From Candidatus Latescibacterota bacterium (GTDB taxonomy: Bacteria; Latescibacterota; UBA2968; UBA8231): a DNA stretch of 64,000 nt. Under the pieces are notes generated by a model, which was not told the origin of the DNA, did no database searches, and worked only from the letters and a program-made list of their open reading frames with translations. The stretch spans positions 128,001-192,000 of the forward strand of contig OZ244561.1 of assembly GCA_965217585.1 (NCBI GenBank), in the 5' to 3' direction. Both the position numbers and the translations under genes were made by a program. Below, one piece after another: positions 39,635-49,686 of this stretch; the first letter of the stretch is position 1, and each line of letters starts with the position of its first letter.

Positions 39635-40732
39635 ATGCAAAAGCACAGCGCAATGCTACTGGCGGTCGCCTTGGCCGCCACCACAGGAGAAGCCAACGTG
39701 AGCAAAGACAGCTTTGGAACGACCGCGGCGGGACAGCCCGTCGATCGCTATACCCTCGCAAACGACCACGGCACTATGGCCCGCGTCATTACCTATGGTG
39801 GGATCATCACCGAGCTTCTCGTGCGCGATCGCGCCGGCATGCTGGGCGACGTAGTGCTAGGCTTTGACCGCTTGGAGCAGTACGAGAAGGAGAATCCGTA
39901 CTTCGGCTGTATCACCGGGCGAGTCGCCAACCGCATCGCCGGAGGCAAATTCTCCCTAGATGGCCAAGAGTACGCGCTCGCAGTCAACAACGGGTCCAAT
40001 CACCTGCACGGCGGGTTAGTGGGCTTCGACAAGGTCGTCTGGGAGGCCGAGGTCGTGGACGACACACGCGGACCGGCGGTGCGCTTGCGTTACGTGAGTC
40101 AAGACGGCGAGGAGGGCTATCCGGGCACCGTGCCGGTGAGCGTGACATACACTTTGACCCACGACGACGCCCTAGTCATCGCATACGAGGCGACCACTGA
40201 TATGCCTACGCCGATCAATCTGACCAACCACTCCTATTTCAACTTGGCCGGCAGCGGCCCTGTGCTCGGGCATATCCTCACGCTCCACGCCCGCTACTAC
40301 ACCGAGCCGGACGCCAACCAAGTCCCCACTGGGCGCATTTTGCCGGTGGCCGGCACTCCCCTCGACTTTGGCAAACCGGCCGCCATTGGCGGGCGAATTG
40401 GGCAGATCGGGCAGGTCGGCGGCTACGACCACAACTACGTGCTCGACAATGGGGGGCGGGCTGAGCCAGGGCTGGCCGCCGAGGTGTACGAGCCGGAGAG
40501 CGGGCGGGTGATGGAGCTGTACACCACCGAGCCGGGCGTGCAGTTGTACTCGGCCATCCACCTCGACGGAGTGCCGGGCAAGGGCGGGACACTATACAAT
40601 CAGTACCACGGCCTGTGCCTAGAGACCCAGCACTATCCCGACTCGATCAACCAGCCGGGCTTTCCGTCGGTGGTGTTGCGTCCGGGGGAGACCTACCGGA
40701 CGGTTACAACACACAAGTTTTCGACGCGGTAA
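39635..40732 (+). CDS. galM: Aldose 1-epimerase (galactose mutarotase), possibly exported
   Basis: YFG..TGRVANRI, NHLHGG, DGEEGYPG, NLTNHSYFNL, GYDHN, LCLETQHYPDS. Confidence 0.93.
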   Translation: MQKHSAMLLAVALAATTGEANVSKDSFGTTAAGQPVDRYTLANDHGTMARVITYGGIITELLVRDRAGMLGDVVLGFDRLEQYEKENPYFGCITGRVANRIAGGKFSLDGQEYALAVNNGSNHLHGGLVGFDKVVWEAEVVDDTRGPAVRLRYVSQDGEEGYPGTVPVSVTYTLTHDDALVIAYEATTDMPTPINLTNHSYFNLAGSGPVLGHILTLHARYYTEPDANQVPTGRILPVAGTPLDFGKPAAIGGRIGQIGQVGGYDHNYVLDNGGRAEPGLAAEVYEPESGRVMELYTTEPGVQLYSAIHLDGVPGKGGTLYNQYHGLCLETQHYPDSINQPGFPSVVLRPGETYRTVTTHKFSTR

Positions 40733-40767
40733 GGAGCCACTTTTGGAGCGCCTGCGGCCTGTGTGAG

Positions 40768-41526
40768 TTAACCCGTCCAAGGTTCGGGATCGGCGAATAG
40801 ACAGCGGGCTGCCGGGCGCAAGCGCTGAGCGGCCGCAGGGCTGAGGGCACTGGAAAAAACCATGTGCGGGTCGTCGCGACGGCAGAAAAAACTGGTGAGA
40901 CTGAGGCGGCTGCTAGCACTGTGGTTGCAGGTGGTGCCGTGCCAGACGTGGCTGTTGAAGACGGCGACCGTGCCGGCCGGACCGAGCAACAGCTTTTGAC
41001 GCGGGTGATCCGCGGCGGGGTCCTCTAGCGCTTCTCCGGGCGTCTGGCCGCTCCGGTGGGTGCCGGGAATCACTCGCGTGGCTCCGTTTTCCGGCGTGAA
41101 TTCCGTCAGCATCCACAGCGAATTGCATACGGCGTAGCGACCTGCATGGGCCGCTGGACCGTTGTAATCGACGTGTAGGGCCTGCTGCTCACCGCCGGAC
41201 GGATGGGGCCGGCCGTGAACGCCGAAGGACTTGATACAGCCGTCCAAGACGTGGCAGATGGCGGCCAGAACGCACGGATGGGTAAAGCAAATGTCGAGAC
41301 CGGCAGTTTTGTTCTGCATGTAGCTACTTTCGGCCGGCCCATCCTTTTGCCCCGTGCCCTCGGCGGCGTACACCCCGTCCATTGCACTGCATAGCGAGGC
41401 GATCTGTGCGGCCGAGAGGATATTGGGCAGGAGCACATAGCCTTCGCGGTCCAAGTGCGCCTTCTCAGCCTGAGAGAGGGTATCGTCGCGCACCCCCAAT
41501 TCGTATAAGGCCTCCTGTAGCGTCAT
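40768..41526 (-). CDS. PhyH family dioxygenase
   Basis: LDREGY, QALHVD, FTPENGATRVIPGTH, HVWHG. Confidence 0.88.
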   Translation of the reverse strand: MTLQEALYELGVRDDTLSQAEKAHLDREGYVLLPNILSAAQIASLCSAMDGVYAAEGTGQKDGPAESSYMQNKTAGLDICFTHPCVLAAICHVLDGCIKSFGVHGRPHPSGGEQQALHVDYNGPAAHAGRYAVCNSLWMLTEFTPENGATRVIPGTHRSGQTPGEALEDPAADHPRQKLLLGPAGTVAVFNSHVWHGTTCNHSASSRLSLTSFFCRRDDPHMVFSSALSPAAAQRLRPAARCLFADPEPWTG

Positions 41527-41589
41527 CTCCGGTTCCTTAGTTGCTTGCGACTTCACAATGGTTCTATTCCGCGTGCGCCGCAAGCTCGC

Positions 41590-42510
41590 TCAGGCTTCCC
41601 ACCGCTCCCATCCCCGATGCTCATGCGTACCGCCGAAGTGTTGGGGATGGAAAACCTCGGCGAGAATTTCGGCCGACTCCACTAGGCGCGGCCCTGGACG
41701 GTTGAAAAACTGATTGCCATCGGTGAAGAACACCCGCCCCTGCTGCACGGCTTGCAGCCGGGACCACAGCGGATGCTGGGTAAGCGCTGGCAACTCGCGT
41801 CGTGAGCGGGGTATATCAAAACCGCAAGGCATCAGGACGATAATATCCGGCTGGGCCTTTTCGAGCACCTCCCACGACAGCCAAGGAGAATGCGTCCCTG
41901 CCGCTGCGAAGAGGTTTTGGCCGGCGGCGATCTCCACCAATTCGGGGATCCAATTGCCCGCGGCCATCAGCGGCTCGAACCACTCGATGCAGGCGATGCG
42001 CGGACGATGGTCAATATTGCGAGTGTGGGCGGCGATCTGATCTAGCCGATCCCGTAATTGGGCCACCAAGGCGCGGCCTCGCTCCTCCACTTCTAGCGCC
42101 GCAGCCACCCGCTCGATATCACCCCAGACATCGGCTAACGCGTTAGGCTCCAACGACAGAATGGATGGCCGCGAGCGCACCAATTGACAGGCGGCCTCCT
42201 CGACGTCTTTGAGACTGACGGCGCACACTTCGCACTGCGATTGCGTCACCAACCAATCCGGTGCCAACTCGTCGAGCAGGTCGGCGTCCACTCGGTACAC
42301 CGAGGTAGCTTCCTGCAAAATGGCTTTGACCCGTTGGTCAACCTGATACGAGGTCCCATCCGGGTCGAATTTGGGAGCCGTGCAGGCGGGTAGATCGCCG
42401 ACGTCGGGCGGATAATCGCACTCGTGGGAACGGCCGACCAAGCGCTCGCCGCAGCCGAGGGCGCAGATGATTTCAGTACTGCTAGGCAGGAGGGAAACGA
42501 TGCGGTTCAT
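41590..42510 (-). CDS. Cobalamin/Fe-siderophore-type ABC substrate-binding protein (BtuF-like, no signal peptide evident)
   Basis: RIVSLLPSSTEI, LVGRSHECDYP, TQSQCEVCAV, FNRPGPRL. Confidence 0.85.
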   Translation of the reverse strand: MNRIVSLLPSSTEIICALGCGERLVGRSHECDYPPDVGDLPACTAPKFDPDGTSYQVDQRVKAILQEATSVYRVDADLLDELAPDWLVTQSQCEVCAVSLKDVEEAACQLVRSRPSILSLEPNALADVWGDIERVAAALEVEERGRALVAQLRDRLDQIAAHTRNIDHRPRIACIEWFEPLMAAGNWIPELVEIAAGQNLFAAAGTHSPWLSWEVLEKAQPDIIVLMPCGFDIPRSRRELPALTQHPLWSRLQAVQQGRVFFTDGNQFFNRPGPRLVESAEILAEVFHPQHFGGTHEHRGWERWEA

Positions 42511-42700
42511 GGATGGAGCCTCCAAAACGCCAGCGCCGCCGCGCCGGCAACTGTAATAGGAAAACTTATCGCTTTTAATATCTACTTCAAAGATGATGTT
42601 TTAAGTAGCTCGATAGCGTCCGTCTCCGTTTCCTATCTTCCCCAGTCAGGCACAAAGCCCGCTGTCCGAAATCCCGGGCAGCCAACCCGCGAGCGCACCC

Positions 42701-44227
42701 ATGACTACTGAAAACCGAATAGAACGGATAGAAGCGCAGATCCGAGAGGCCGGCGACCTCGCTGCTGCCTTGGCCCGCGATCCGCATCGGCCAGCCTATC
42801 ACTTCACGCCGCCAGCCGCGTGGATGAACGACATCAACGGGGCCCTGTTCTGGAAGGGTCGCTACCACATCTTCTACCAGTACAACCCGGACGGCGCCTA
42901 CTGGAATCTCATTCAATGGGGCCACGCCTCCAGCGCCGACCTCGTACACTGGGTTCACCATCCGGTGGCGCTGACGCCGGAAGCGGACGGACCGGACCGC
43001 ATCGGCTGCTTCAGCGGCGGTGCCTTGGTCAGCAAGGAAGGGGTTCCGACGCTGATCTACTACGGCAATCCCGACGGCCTCTGCCTCGCCCGCAGCAGCG
43101 ACGATCTGCTGATCGAGTGGACGAAAGACCCGGACAATCCGGTGATCCCTCAGCCAGAAGAAGGAAGCGCCGACTTCGGCCGCTACACCATTCACGACCC
43201 CTGCGGATGGTTGGCAGGCGACCTCTACTACGCCGCCATCAACAAACGCGACCCGCAAGACCAAGGGGATGCGGCGTACCTGTTCAAATCGACGGATCTG
43301 CGCACCTGGGAGTTCGCCGGTTTGTTCTATCAGTCGCGGCGGGAGTGGACCGAAGGGGGCGAAGACTGCGCCGTGCCGGACTTTTTCCCGCTTGGCGACC
43401 GGCACCTGTTGGTCTTCTGCAGCCATTTGCAGGCAACCCAGTACTACATCGGCCAGGTCCGGGACGAACGGTTTTATCCCGAGGTTCACGGGCGCATGAG
43501 CTGGGAAGGGGGGCATCTCGGCGGCCCGCGAACCCTGCTGGATGCCAAAGGCCGGCGCATATTCTTCGACTGGATCCGCGAGCTGCGAGGGAGCGAGCGC
43601 GAGCGCGCCTCGGGATGGTCGGGCGTTATGACCGTTCCGCGCCTGTTGTCGCTGGCCCCCGGCGGTCACCTGCAGATCGATCCGGCCCCAGAACTCGAGG
43701 TGTTGCGGCTGGATCAGCACCGACATGGGTCCATCGACGTGGCCGCCGATTCCGAGATAGTGGTCGAGGGAGTCAGCGGCGACTGTCTGGAGCTGGCCGT
43801 TGAGATCGATCCGCAGGAAGCGCGGGAAGTGGGACTGAAGGTGCGGCGCTCCCCAGGGGGCGAGGAGGAAACAGCCATCTCCTACGATGCCACAACCGCC
43901 GTGCTGCGAGTCGACGTCAGCCGGTCGTCGCTCGATCCGGAGATACGGTACACCCGCTACCGCAGGCCCCAGCCGCATCTGACGGAAAGCGAGCAGTACG
44001 TCACCGCCCAAGAAGGGCCGTTCAAACTGGCTCCGGGCGAACTGCTGACCCTGCGCATCTTCCTGGACCGTTCGATCCTCGAGGTCTTTGCCAATCGCCG
44101 ACAATGCGTGACCCAGCGCATCTACCCGACGCGGATCGACAGCATCGGCGTCAGCCTGTTTGCGCGCGGAGGAGAGGCCAAGGTGCAGTCGCTGCAAGCC
44201 TGGACCCTGGCCCCGACGCGGATGTGA
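42701..44227 (+). CDS. Glycoside hydrolase family 32
   Basis: YHF.P...WMNDING, FYQYNP, WGHA.S.DLVHW, FSG, HDP, EDCAVPDFF, LDRSILEVF. Confidence 0.92.
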   Translation: MTTENRIERIEAQIREAGDLAAALARDPHRPAYHFTPPAAWMNDINGALFWKGRYHIFYQYNPDGAYWNLIQWGHASSADLVHWVHHPVALTPEADGPDRIGCFSGGALVSKEGVPTLIYYGNPDGLCLARSSDDLLIEWTKDPDNPVIPQPEEGSADFGRYTIHDPCGWLAGDLYYAAINKRDPQDQGDAAYLFKSTDLRTWEFAGLFYQSRREWTEGGEDCAVPDFFPLGDRHLLVFCSHLQATQYYIGQVRDERFYPEVHGRMSWEGGHLGGPRTLLDAKGRRIFFDWIRELRGSERERASGWSGVMTVPRLLSLAPGGHLQIDPAPELEVLRLDQHRHGSIDVAADSEIVVEGVSGDCLELAVEIDPQEAREVGLKVRRSPGGEEETAISYDATTAVLRVDVSRSSLDPEIRYTRYRRPQPHLTESEQYVTAQEGPFKLAPGELLTLRIFLDRSILEVFANRRQCVTQRIYPTRIDSIGVSLFARGGEAKVQSLQAWTLAPTRM

Positions 44228-44364
44228 CACCCTCCGTACTAAAGGGCACATCCCAGCTCTCCGGTGGCGCGCATCCTGCGCAACAAACAGGCTACTTGAG
44301 GAAGCGCCGCCGCGCCTGCAAGCTATAAAATCGTCTGAAAAATACACGAGTCGCCCGAGAAGCG

Positions 44365-45372
44365 TTAAGCGGTTGCGTCCAGTTTCAAATGTCCAACCAC
44401 CTCGTACAGGGTGGTACAGACGCGCTCGCCAGCCGCCGTGTAAAGCCGCCAAGCCGTGCCGCCGTTGTCGCGCACGATCTCGACGCACGTCGGCGCGTCT
44501 TCCGCCACGCGAAACCCCGCCCGTTCCAACGCCCGCGCCGTCCACAGGGCATGGAGCCCTTCTCCCACCAAGCCAACTACGCCTTCCGGCTCTTGCGCCA
44601 AATGAAAAGAACCAATTGCCGGGTCGAATTCCACGTCCGCAAACGTCCGTTGAAAAGCCCCGCTCAACACCAAGTCTTCCGGTGCCCCGGTTTGTAAAGG
44701 ACCGTCCGGCGGCAGCAGCCAGAGGCGGTCGGCGCAGCGCAGGGCCAAGTCCAGATCGTGCGTGGAAAGCAAGACGGCGCGATCGCTAGCGCCGACCAAG
44801 CGGCGCAACAACTGCACGATTTCGACCCGCCTCGGCAAATCCAAAAAAGCCGTAGGCTCGTCGAGGAGAAGCACCGCTGGTTCCTGCGCCAAGGCGCGGG
44901 CAATCATCACCTTTTGCCGTTCGCCATCGCTCAACTCACCGACGCTACGAGCGGCTAAGTCCCTAGCCCCCACCGCGTCAATAGCCCAGCGCACCACCTC
45001 TTCGTCCACAGGAGAAAGACGGCCGTCCCAGCCGGTGTACGGGTAGCGACCCAGCGCCACCAGAGCATAGGCCGACAAGTTGCCCACATCCACCTGCTCA
45101 GTCAGAACTAAACCCAGCAGTCGCGCCCGTTCACTCTCGGTCAGCCCGTGCAGGTCGCGACCCTCGAGGAACACCTCGCCAGCCAGCGGCTTTTGCAGGC
45201 CAGCCAAAGTACGCATGAGCGTGGATTTGCCAGCACCATTGGGGCCCAACAGGCAGACCAGTTCCCCCTTGAGCAATTCCACGCCAATGTCCGCGGCCAC
45301 GGCAATGCGCGGGCGTCGCTTGGGCGCGTAGCCAATGCACAGGCCGCTCGTTTGTAGAATGGGCGCGCCCAC
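44365..45372 (-). CDS. Cobalamin/iron-chelate ABC transporter ATP-binding protein (BtuD-like)
   Basis: Probable GTG 45372; GPNGAGKST, LSDGERQ, LLLDEPT, THD. Confidence 0.9.
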   Translation of the reverse strand: MGAPILQTSGLCIGYAPKRRPRIAVAADIGVELLKGELVCLLGPNGAGKSTLMRTLAGLQKPLAGEVFLEGRDLHGLTESERARLLGLVLTEQVDVGNLSAYALVALGRYPYTGWDGRLSPVDEEVVRWAIDAVGARDLAARSVGELSDGERQKVMIARALAQEPAVLLLDEPTAFLDLPRRVEIVQLLRRLVGASDRAVLLSTHDLDLALRCADRLWLLPPDGPLQTGAPEDLVLSGAFQRTFADVEFDPAIGSFHLAQEPEGVVGLVGEGLHALWTARALERAGFRVAEDAPTCVEIVRDNGGTAWRLYTAAGERVCTTLYEVVGHLKLDATA

Positions 45373-45377
45373 GGCGT

Positions 45378-46466
45378 TTAGGCGGCAAAGGCCTGCCGCA
45401 GCGTGCGGCGGCGCAGGATGATCCAAGTGACCACGGGCGCGCCGATCAAAGCGGTGACCGCGTTGAGCGGCAGGGTGGCCTCGCTGCCAGGCAAACGGGC
45501 CACCAGATCCGCGCTCAAGGCCAAAATGCCGCCCAATAGCACGCTGGCCGGCAGCAGCACGCGGTGGTCCGAGGTGTTGAAGAGAGCGCGGCACAAATGC
45601 GGCACGGCCACGCCCAAAAAGCCAATGGGACCGCAATAGGCCGTGACTGCGCCAGCCAGCAGCGCCGCACTGGCAATGATCCACAGTCTCGCCCGCCGCG
45701 CGCCCAAGCCCATGCTGCGCGCATACGTTTCGCCGAGCAGCAGAGCATTGAGCGGTTTGACCAGCAGGCCGGCAATCCCCAGACCGGCCAGCACCACCGG
45801 CGCTAAAAAGGTGAGCTGGCCCCAAGCAACCGCGCCAAAGCTGCCAAAGGTCCACAAGACGTAGGTCTGCACCTGTTCGGGGATGCTGAAGTAGAGCAAC
45901 ACGCTGACCACGGCACCGGTCAGATAGCCGAACATGAGGCCGAGGATGAGCAAGGTCATGGTGTGCTGCACGCGCCGCCCCACGAAAAGCACCAAGCCCA
46001 GCACCAGCGCCGCCCCAGCCACGGCCGCGACGACCACGCCGACTTGGCCCAAAAGTCCCAGACCAACCAGCAGCCCGGCCCCGGTGACGCCCGTGCCCAA
46101 GACGACCAACGCCACGCCCAGACTAGCTCCGGCGCTGATGCCGAGGATGAAGGGATCGGCGAGGGGATTGCGGAACAGGGTCTGCATTTGCAAACCGCTG
46201 GTGCTCAGGGCCGCGCCAGCCAACATCGCGGTAAGCGCACGCGGCAGGCGAATCGCGTAGATGATATGGCTCCAACTGGGCTTTTGGTCGGCTTCACCCC
46301 ACAGGATGGCGACCACCGCATCGAGGGGAATGGACACCGACCCTATGCCTAGGCTGAGGGCAAAAAAGCCGAGCAAGGCTCCGGCCATCGCCAGAAAGAG
46401 TCCCCAGCGCGGACCCAGCCGCGGCCAAGGAGTGCCCTGTGCATCGGTGGTGGAAGCAGTCGCCAC
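45378..46466 (-). CDS. FecCD/BtuC family ABC permease
   Basis: IRLPRAL, MQTLFRNPLADPFILGISAGA, LLGETYARSMG, GPIGFLG.AVPH. Confidence 0.92.
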   Translation of the reverse strand: MATASTTDAQGTPWPRLGPRWGLFLAMAGALLGFFALSLGIGSVSIPLDAVVAILWGEADQKPSWSHIIYAIRLPRALTAMLAGAALSTSGLQMQTLFRNPLADPFILGISAGASLGVALVVLGTGVTGAGLLVGLGLLGQVGVVVAAVAGAALVLGLVLFVGRRVQHTMTLLILGLMFGYLTGAVVSVLLYFSIPEQVQTYVLWTFGSFGAVAWGQLTFLAPVVLAGLGIAGLLVKPLNALLLGETYARSMGLGARRARLWIIASAALLAGAVTAYCGPIGFLGVAVPHLCRALFNTSDHRVLLPASVLLGGILALSADLVARLPGSEATLPLNAVTALIGAPVVTWIILRRRTLRQAFAA

Positions 46467-46472
46467 GGCGTC

Positions 46473-47630
46473 TCAGTCTAGTTTTTGATAGAATTTGAGC
46501 GCGTGTTCTGGCAGGCGGTCGGGATGCAGGATTTCTATGAAATCGGCCAACACGATATGGGGTTCGGCGATGCCGCTTTCCCAGTAGTCGTTGCCACCGT
46601 GCGCGTTGAGCCGAGCGTTGGCGTTGTAAACCCGGCCGCTGTTGAACGCCGCAAACGCCGCGTAGCGCTCGTCCGCGGCCTGCACCTCGGCCAGCGAATG
46701 CCATTCGTTGCGCATGGTCAGCCAAACGTCGGCCGCGTGGGCCTTTTCGTACACAGCCTCAAAGTCCAAAGGCAGGCTTCCCCCGGAATCGTCGTCGGCC
46801 CACAGGTACGCACCGCCGGCCGCAGCGACCAATTGCGCTGCGTAGCTCTTGCCGCCGGCGACGTGCCACATGTCGCGCCAGAGGGAGCCGCCGAACACCG
46901 TGGGGCGTTGGTCTGTTGGCACATCTTGTACCAAAGCCGCGTATTGCTGGTACTGGACCACAATGTCCGCAAAGCGTTTTTCCGCCAGAGCCTCTGCGTT
47001 GAAAAACGCCGCGGTGAATTTGAGCCATTCCGTGCGGCCTAACAGCGACGGCTCGGTGTATTCGGCATTGATGGCCACGGCCACGCCAGCTTGCTGCAAA
47101 ACCGGGTGGGCATTGTACTGGGACTGGGCCGAGGCCACGGTCATCACCACGTCGGTCTCCAATTCCAGCACTAATTCGAGATTGACCCCGGCACCGTGGC
47201 CGATTTCGGCGATTTTGCCGGCCGCAAAGCGCTGGTTGACGCCGGGCGAATGCACCATCTCAATGTCGCTGACCGCGACCAAGTTTTCGAGCGCGGCGAG
47301 CAATTCAAGGTGCGGCAATTGGGTGGTCGATAGGGCCGCAAGACGACGAATGGGCACGGTGATGCGCTGAACGCCCTCGTACCCTTCGGGTGCAGGAGTG
47401 CCGCACTGGACGAGTACATACTGGACGGCTTCTTGCGCACCGGGCCACGGGGTATGCACGGTGACCACTTTGTAGTTGTCGAAGTACTCAATCGCAAAGC
47501 TCTCGGCGTATTGCAGTTCGGCCTTGTAGGGGAAATAGTCCTTCGCCGAATCGTAGGTATCGACGCAGTCGGCCCCATTCGCCGCCGGCACGCCAAAGAC
47601 CAGCCACGCCCACAAACACACCTTGCGCAT
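46473..47630 (-). CDS. Periplasmic ABC substrate-binding protein (cobalamin/iron-chelate)
   Basis: Signal peptide; E.S.LGRTEWLKF..AFFN, GGNDYWESG...PH.VL.D; inside riboswitch operon. Confidence 0.88.
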   Translation of the reverse strand: MRKVCLWAWLVFGVPAANGADCVDTYDSAKDYFPYKAELQYAESFAIEYFDNYKVVTVHTPWPGAQEAVQYVLVQCGTPAPEGYEGVQRITVPIRRLAALSTTQLPHLELLAALENLVAVSDIEMVHSPGVNQRFAAGKIAEIGHGAGVNLELVLELETDVVMTVASAQSQYNAHPVLQQAGVAVAINAEYTEPSLLGRTEWLKFTAAFFNAEALAEKRFADIVVQYQQYAALVQDVPTDQRPTVFGGSLWRDMWHVAGGKSYAAQLVAAAGGAYLWADDDSGGSLPLDFEAVYEKAHAADVWLTMRNEWHSLAEVQAADERYAAFAAFNSGRVYNANARLNAHGGNDYWESGIAEPHIVLADFIEILHPDRLPEHALKFYQKLD

Positions 47631-47669
47631 CAAACGCCTCCACCAAAAATCGACACCACTAAGATCCAC

Positions 47670-48236
47670 TTACTCATCGGTCGCGCCCTCCCCCGGCTTC
47701 CACAACACATCCGCCTCCCCGCCGTCGTTGGCGACCCGAGCCATCGCGAAGAGCAAGTCGGAGAGCCGGTTGAGATACAGCAGAACCGGCTGGCCGACCG
47801 GCTCTTGCTCCGCGAGTTGCCAAGTTGCACGCTCAGCGCGCCGACACACCGTACGCGCCAAGTGGAGCCAAGCGGCGGAGAGCCGTCCCCCAGGCAAGAT
47901 GAAGCTCCGCAAGGGAGCCAAGTCTTGCGTGAGGCGGTCAATCTGCTGCTCTAGGAAAAGGACCTGCTGCGGCTGCACGCGCAGGCACTCTTCTGCGCCA
48001 TCCGCCTGCGGGACGCACAAATCGGCCCCCAAGTCGAAAAGATCGTTTTGCACTCGGGCGAGGACGTCGTCGTGCTCCGTGCCACTAGCCCTAGCCAGCC
48101 CGATCGCCGAGTTCAGTTCATCTACGCACCCATAAGCGGCGATGCGGGGACTCGTCTTGGGCACTTGCGACATATCGCCCAGCCGCGTCATACCGCCGTC
48201 GCCCGTCTTGGTGTAGAGCTTAGATAGCGTAACCAT
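47670..48236 (-). CDS. pduO: ATP:cob(I)alamin adenosyltransferase, PduO type
   Basis: YTKTGDGG.T, AYGCVDELNS, QNDLFDLGADL, FILPGG, ARTVCRRAER, YLNRLSDLLF. Confidence 0.95.
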   Translation of the reverse strand: MVTLSKLYTKTGDGGMTRLGDMSQVPKTSPRIAAYGCVDELNSAIGLARASGTEHDDVLARVQNDLFDLGADLCVPQADGAEECLRVQPQQVLFLEQQIDRLTQDLAPLRSFILPGGRLSAAWLHLARTVCRRAERATWQLAEQEPVGQPVLLYLNRLSDLLFAMARVANDGGEADVLWKPGEGATDE

Positions 48237-48248
48237 GCCTGTTGCCTT

Positions 48249-49658
48249 TCATTTTATCAACATCACCTTGCCCACAGCTCGTTGATCGCCAGCGCGCAAC
48301 TGCACCAGATACGCGCCATTGCCCACCGGCTCACCGGCAGCATTGCGACCATCCCAGTGGAGAACGTGCCGTCCGGCGGCCACCATACCGGAAGTCAGGG
48401 TGCGGATGGTGCGGCCCAAGACATCGTGGACGGTCAATTCGACCGGGGTATTGGACTGCCAGACCGCAAAGGGAATCTGCACCGAGGCGTTGAAGGGATT
48501 GGGATAGGCCGCCTCCAAGGCAAATTCCTGCGGCAAACTGCTGTCGATGGTTTCTTCCACAGCCGTGGGGACGGTCACATCGCCCAACACCACGATACCC
48601 TGCGGCGGCAGTCCGGTGTCGATTGGGCCGCGCAGGAAAGCTCCGGTGGCCGCGTCGTAGAATTTGAGTCCGGCGCTGGCCGGATCGGCGAAGGAGCCTC
48701 GGTCGGCGACAATCAAGCGGTCGCCATCTACAGCCACGCTGGGGATAAAACCGCCGCTGATATTTTCCAAGGGCGCGCCCACACTGCCGCTGGATAACTC
48801 AAAGGACCGGACGCTGTTGGCAAAATTCTCGTCCGTGACCACAGCATAGCCCCGGTTTTGATCGACGAGTACCATGGACGTAATATCGCCGCCCAAGTCC
48901 TCCTCGCTGACGGCCAATCCAAGGCTGCGGTTGGTGGCCGTATCGACGATTTCCACCCCGCCGGACCGGTCACCAAAATCGACCACTACCCCCACGGCAA
49001 TCTGCTCGCCAGCGACGGCCATGCTGTTGGGATTGGCGACGCTGAGGGCAATGCCTTGCACGCCCTCGGCGTCCGGATCCACGTCGACCAAGGTGTCCGT
49101 CGCCAGATCGACGACGATCAGATAGCTGACGTCGGCCGGTCCCCAACCGCTGTTGCGGTCGAGGCGCTGGCAGCTCAAGTAGAGCCGCTCGCCGACGCGG
49201 ACGATTTGCGAGACTTCGGGCAGGCCATCCGCATCGGCGAACGCGCTCAGATCAATTTCGCCCAATTCTGCGCCGTCCTGGGGATTGACGATCAGCAGGG
49301 ATACCGCGTCGTAGCGCGTCACATACGCCTTGTCGGGTGCGACGATCTCAATGTCGTGCGGGTTGGCACCATTACCCACCGAAAACTGAGTCACAGGAGT
49401 GCGCAAATTCATCGCGTCCAGCACCAAGATATTGTCTTGGCCCAAGCGGTTGACGATATAGACGCGGCCGTCGTGGTAGTGCCCCACTGCATCCGAGTGG
49501 ATGCCCAACAGATTCACCTCAGCCTCGGCCGCATTCGCGGCCAAAAAGGCCGTGCTGCCAGTGGAAAAGTCCGTGGTGATGACGAAGAGGTCGCTCTGCG
49601 CCGACGACGAGTTCGCCAGCAGCAAGAGAGAGACGGCTAAAATGGAAATGCGGTACAC
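48249..49658 (-). CDS. Secreted beta-propeller protein (YncE/BtuG-like) with C-terminal FlgD-Ig-type tail
   Basis: AGGAGG RBS + GTG; signal peptide; blades such as GANPHDIEIVAPDKAYVTRY; tail AYPNPFNAS...HDVLGR...WDGRNAAGEPVGNGAY. Confidence 0.72.
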   Translation of the reverse strand: MYRISILAVSLLLLANSSSAQSDLFVITTDFSTGSTAFLAANAAEAEVNLLGIHSDAVGHYHDGRVYIVNRLGQDNILVLDAMNLRTPVTQFSVGNGANPHDIEIVAPDKAYVTRYDAVSLLIVNPQDGAELGEIDLSAFADADGLPEVSQIVRVGERLYLSCQRLDRNSGWGPADVSYLIVVDLATDTLVDVDPDAEGVQGIALSVANPNSMAVAGEQIAVGVVVDFGDRSGGVEIVDTATNRSLGLAVSEEDLGGDITSMVLVDQNRGYAVVTDENFANSVRSFELSSGSVGAPLENISGGFIPSVAVDGDRLIVADRGSFADPASAGLKFYDAATGAFLRGPIDTGLPPQGIVVLGDVTVPTAVEETIDSSLPQEFALEAAYPNPFNASVQIPFAVWQSNTPVELTVHDVLGRTIRTLTSGMVAAGRHVLHWDGRNAAGEPVGNGAYLVQLRAGDQRAVGKVMLIK

Positions 49659-49686
49659 GAAAATCCTCCTTAGTTAGTGGTTAGTA

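Noticed and set aside
42587-44545. 652-aa minus-strand ORF
   Set aside because: Antisense shadow of the GH32 gene
15919-45855. Extended N-termini of track ORFs starting at 16008, 25649, 31723, 35364 and 45855
   Set aside because: Most overlap neighbouring genes or add non-homologous sequence; downstream starts with RBS or family-typical N-termini were preferred
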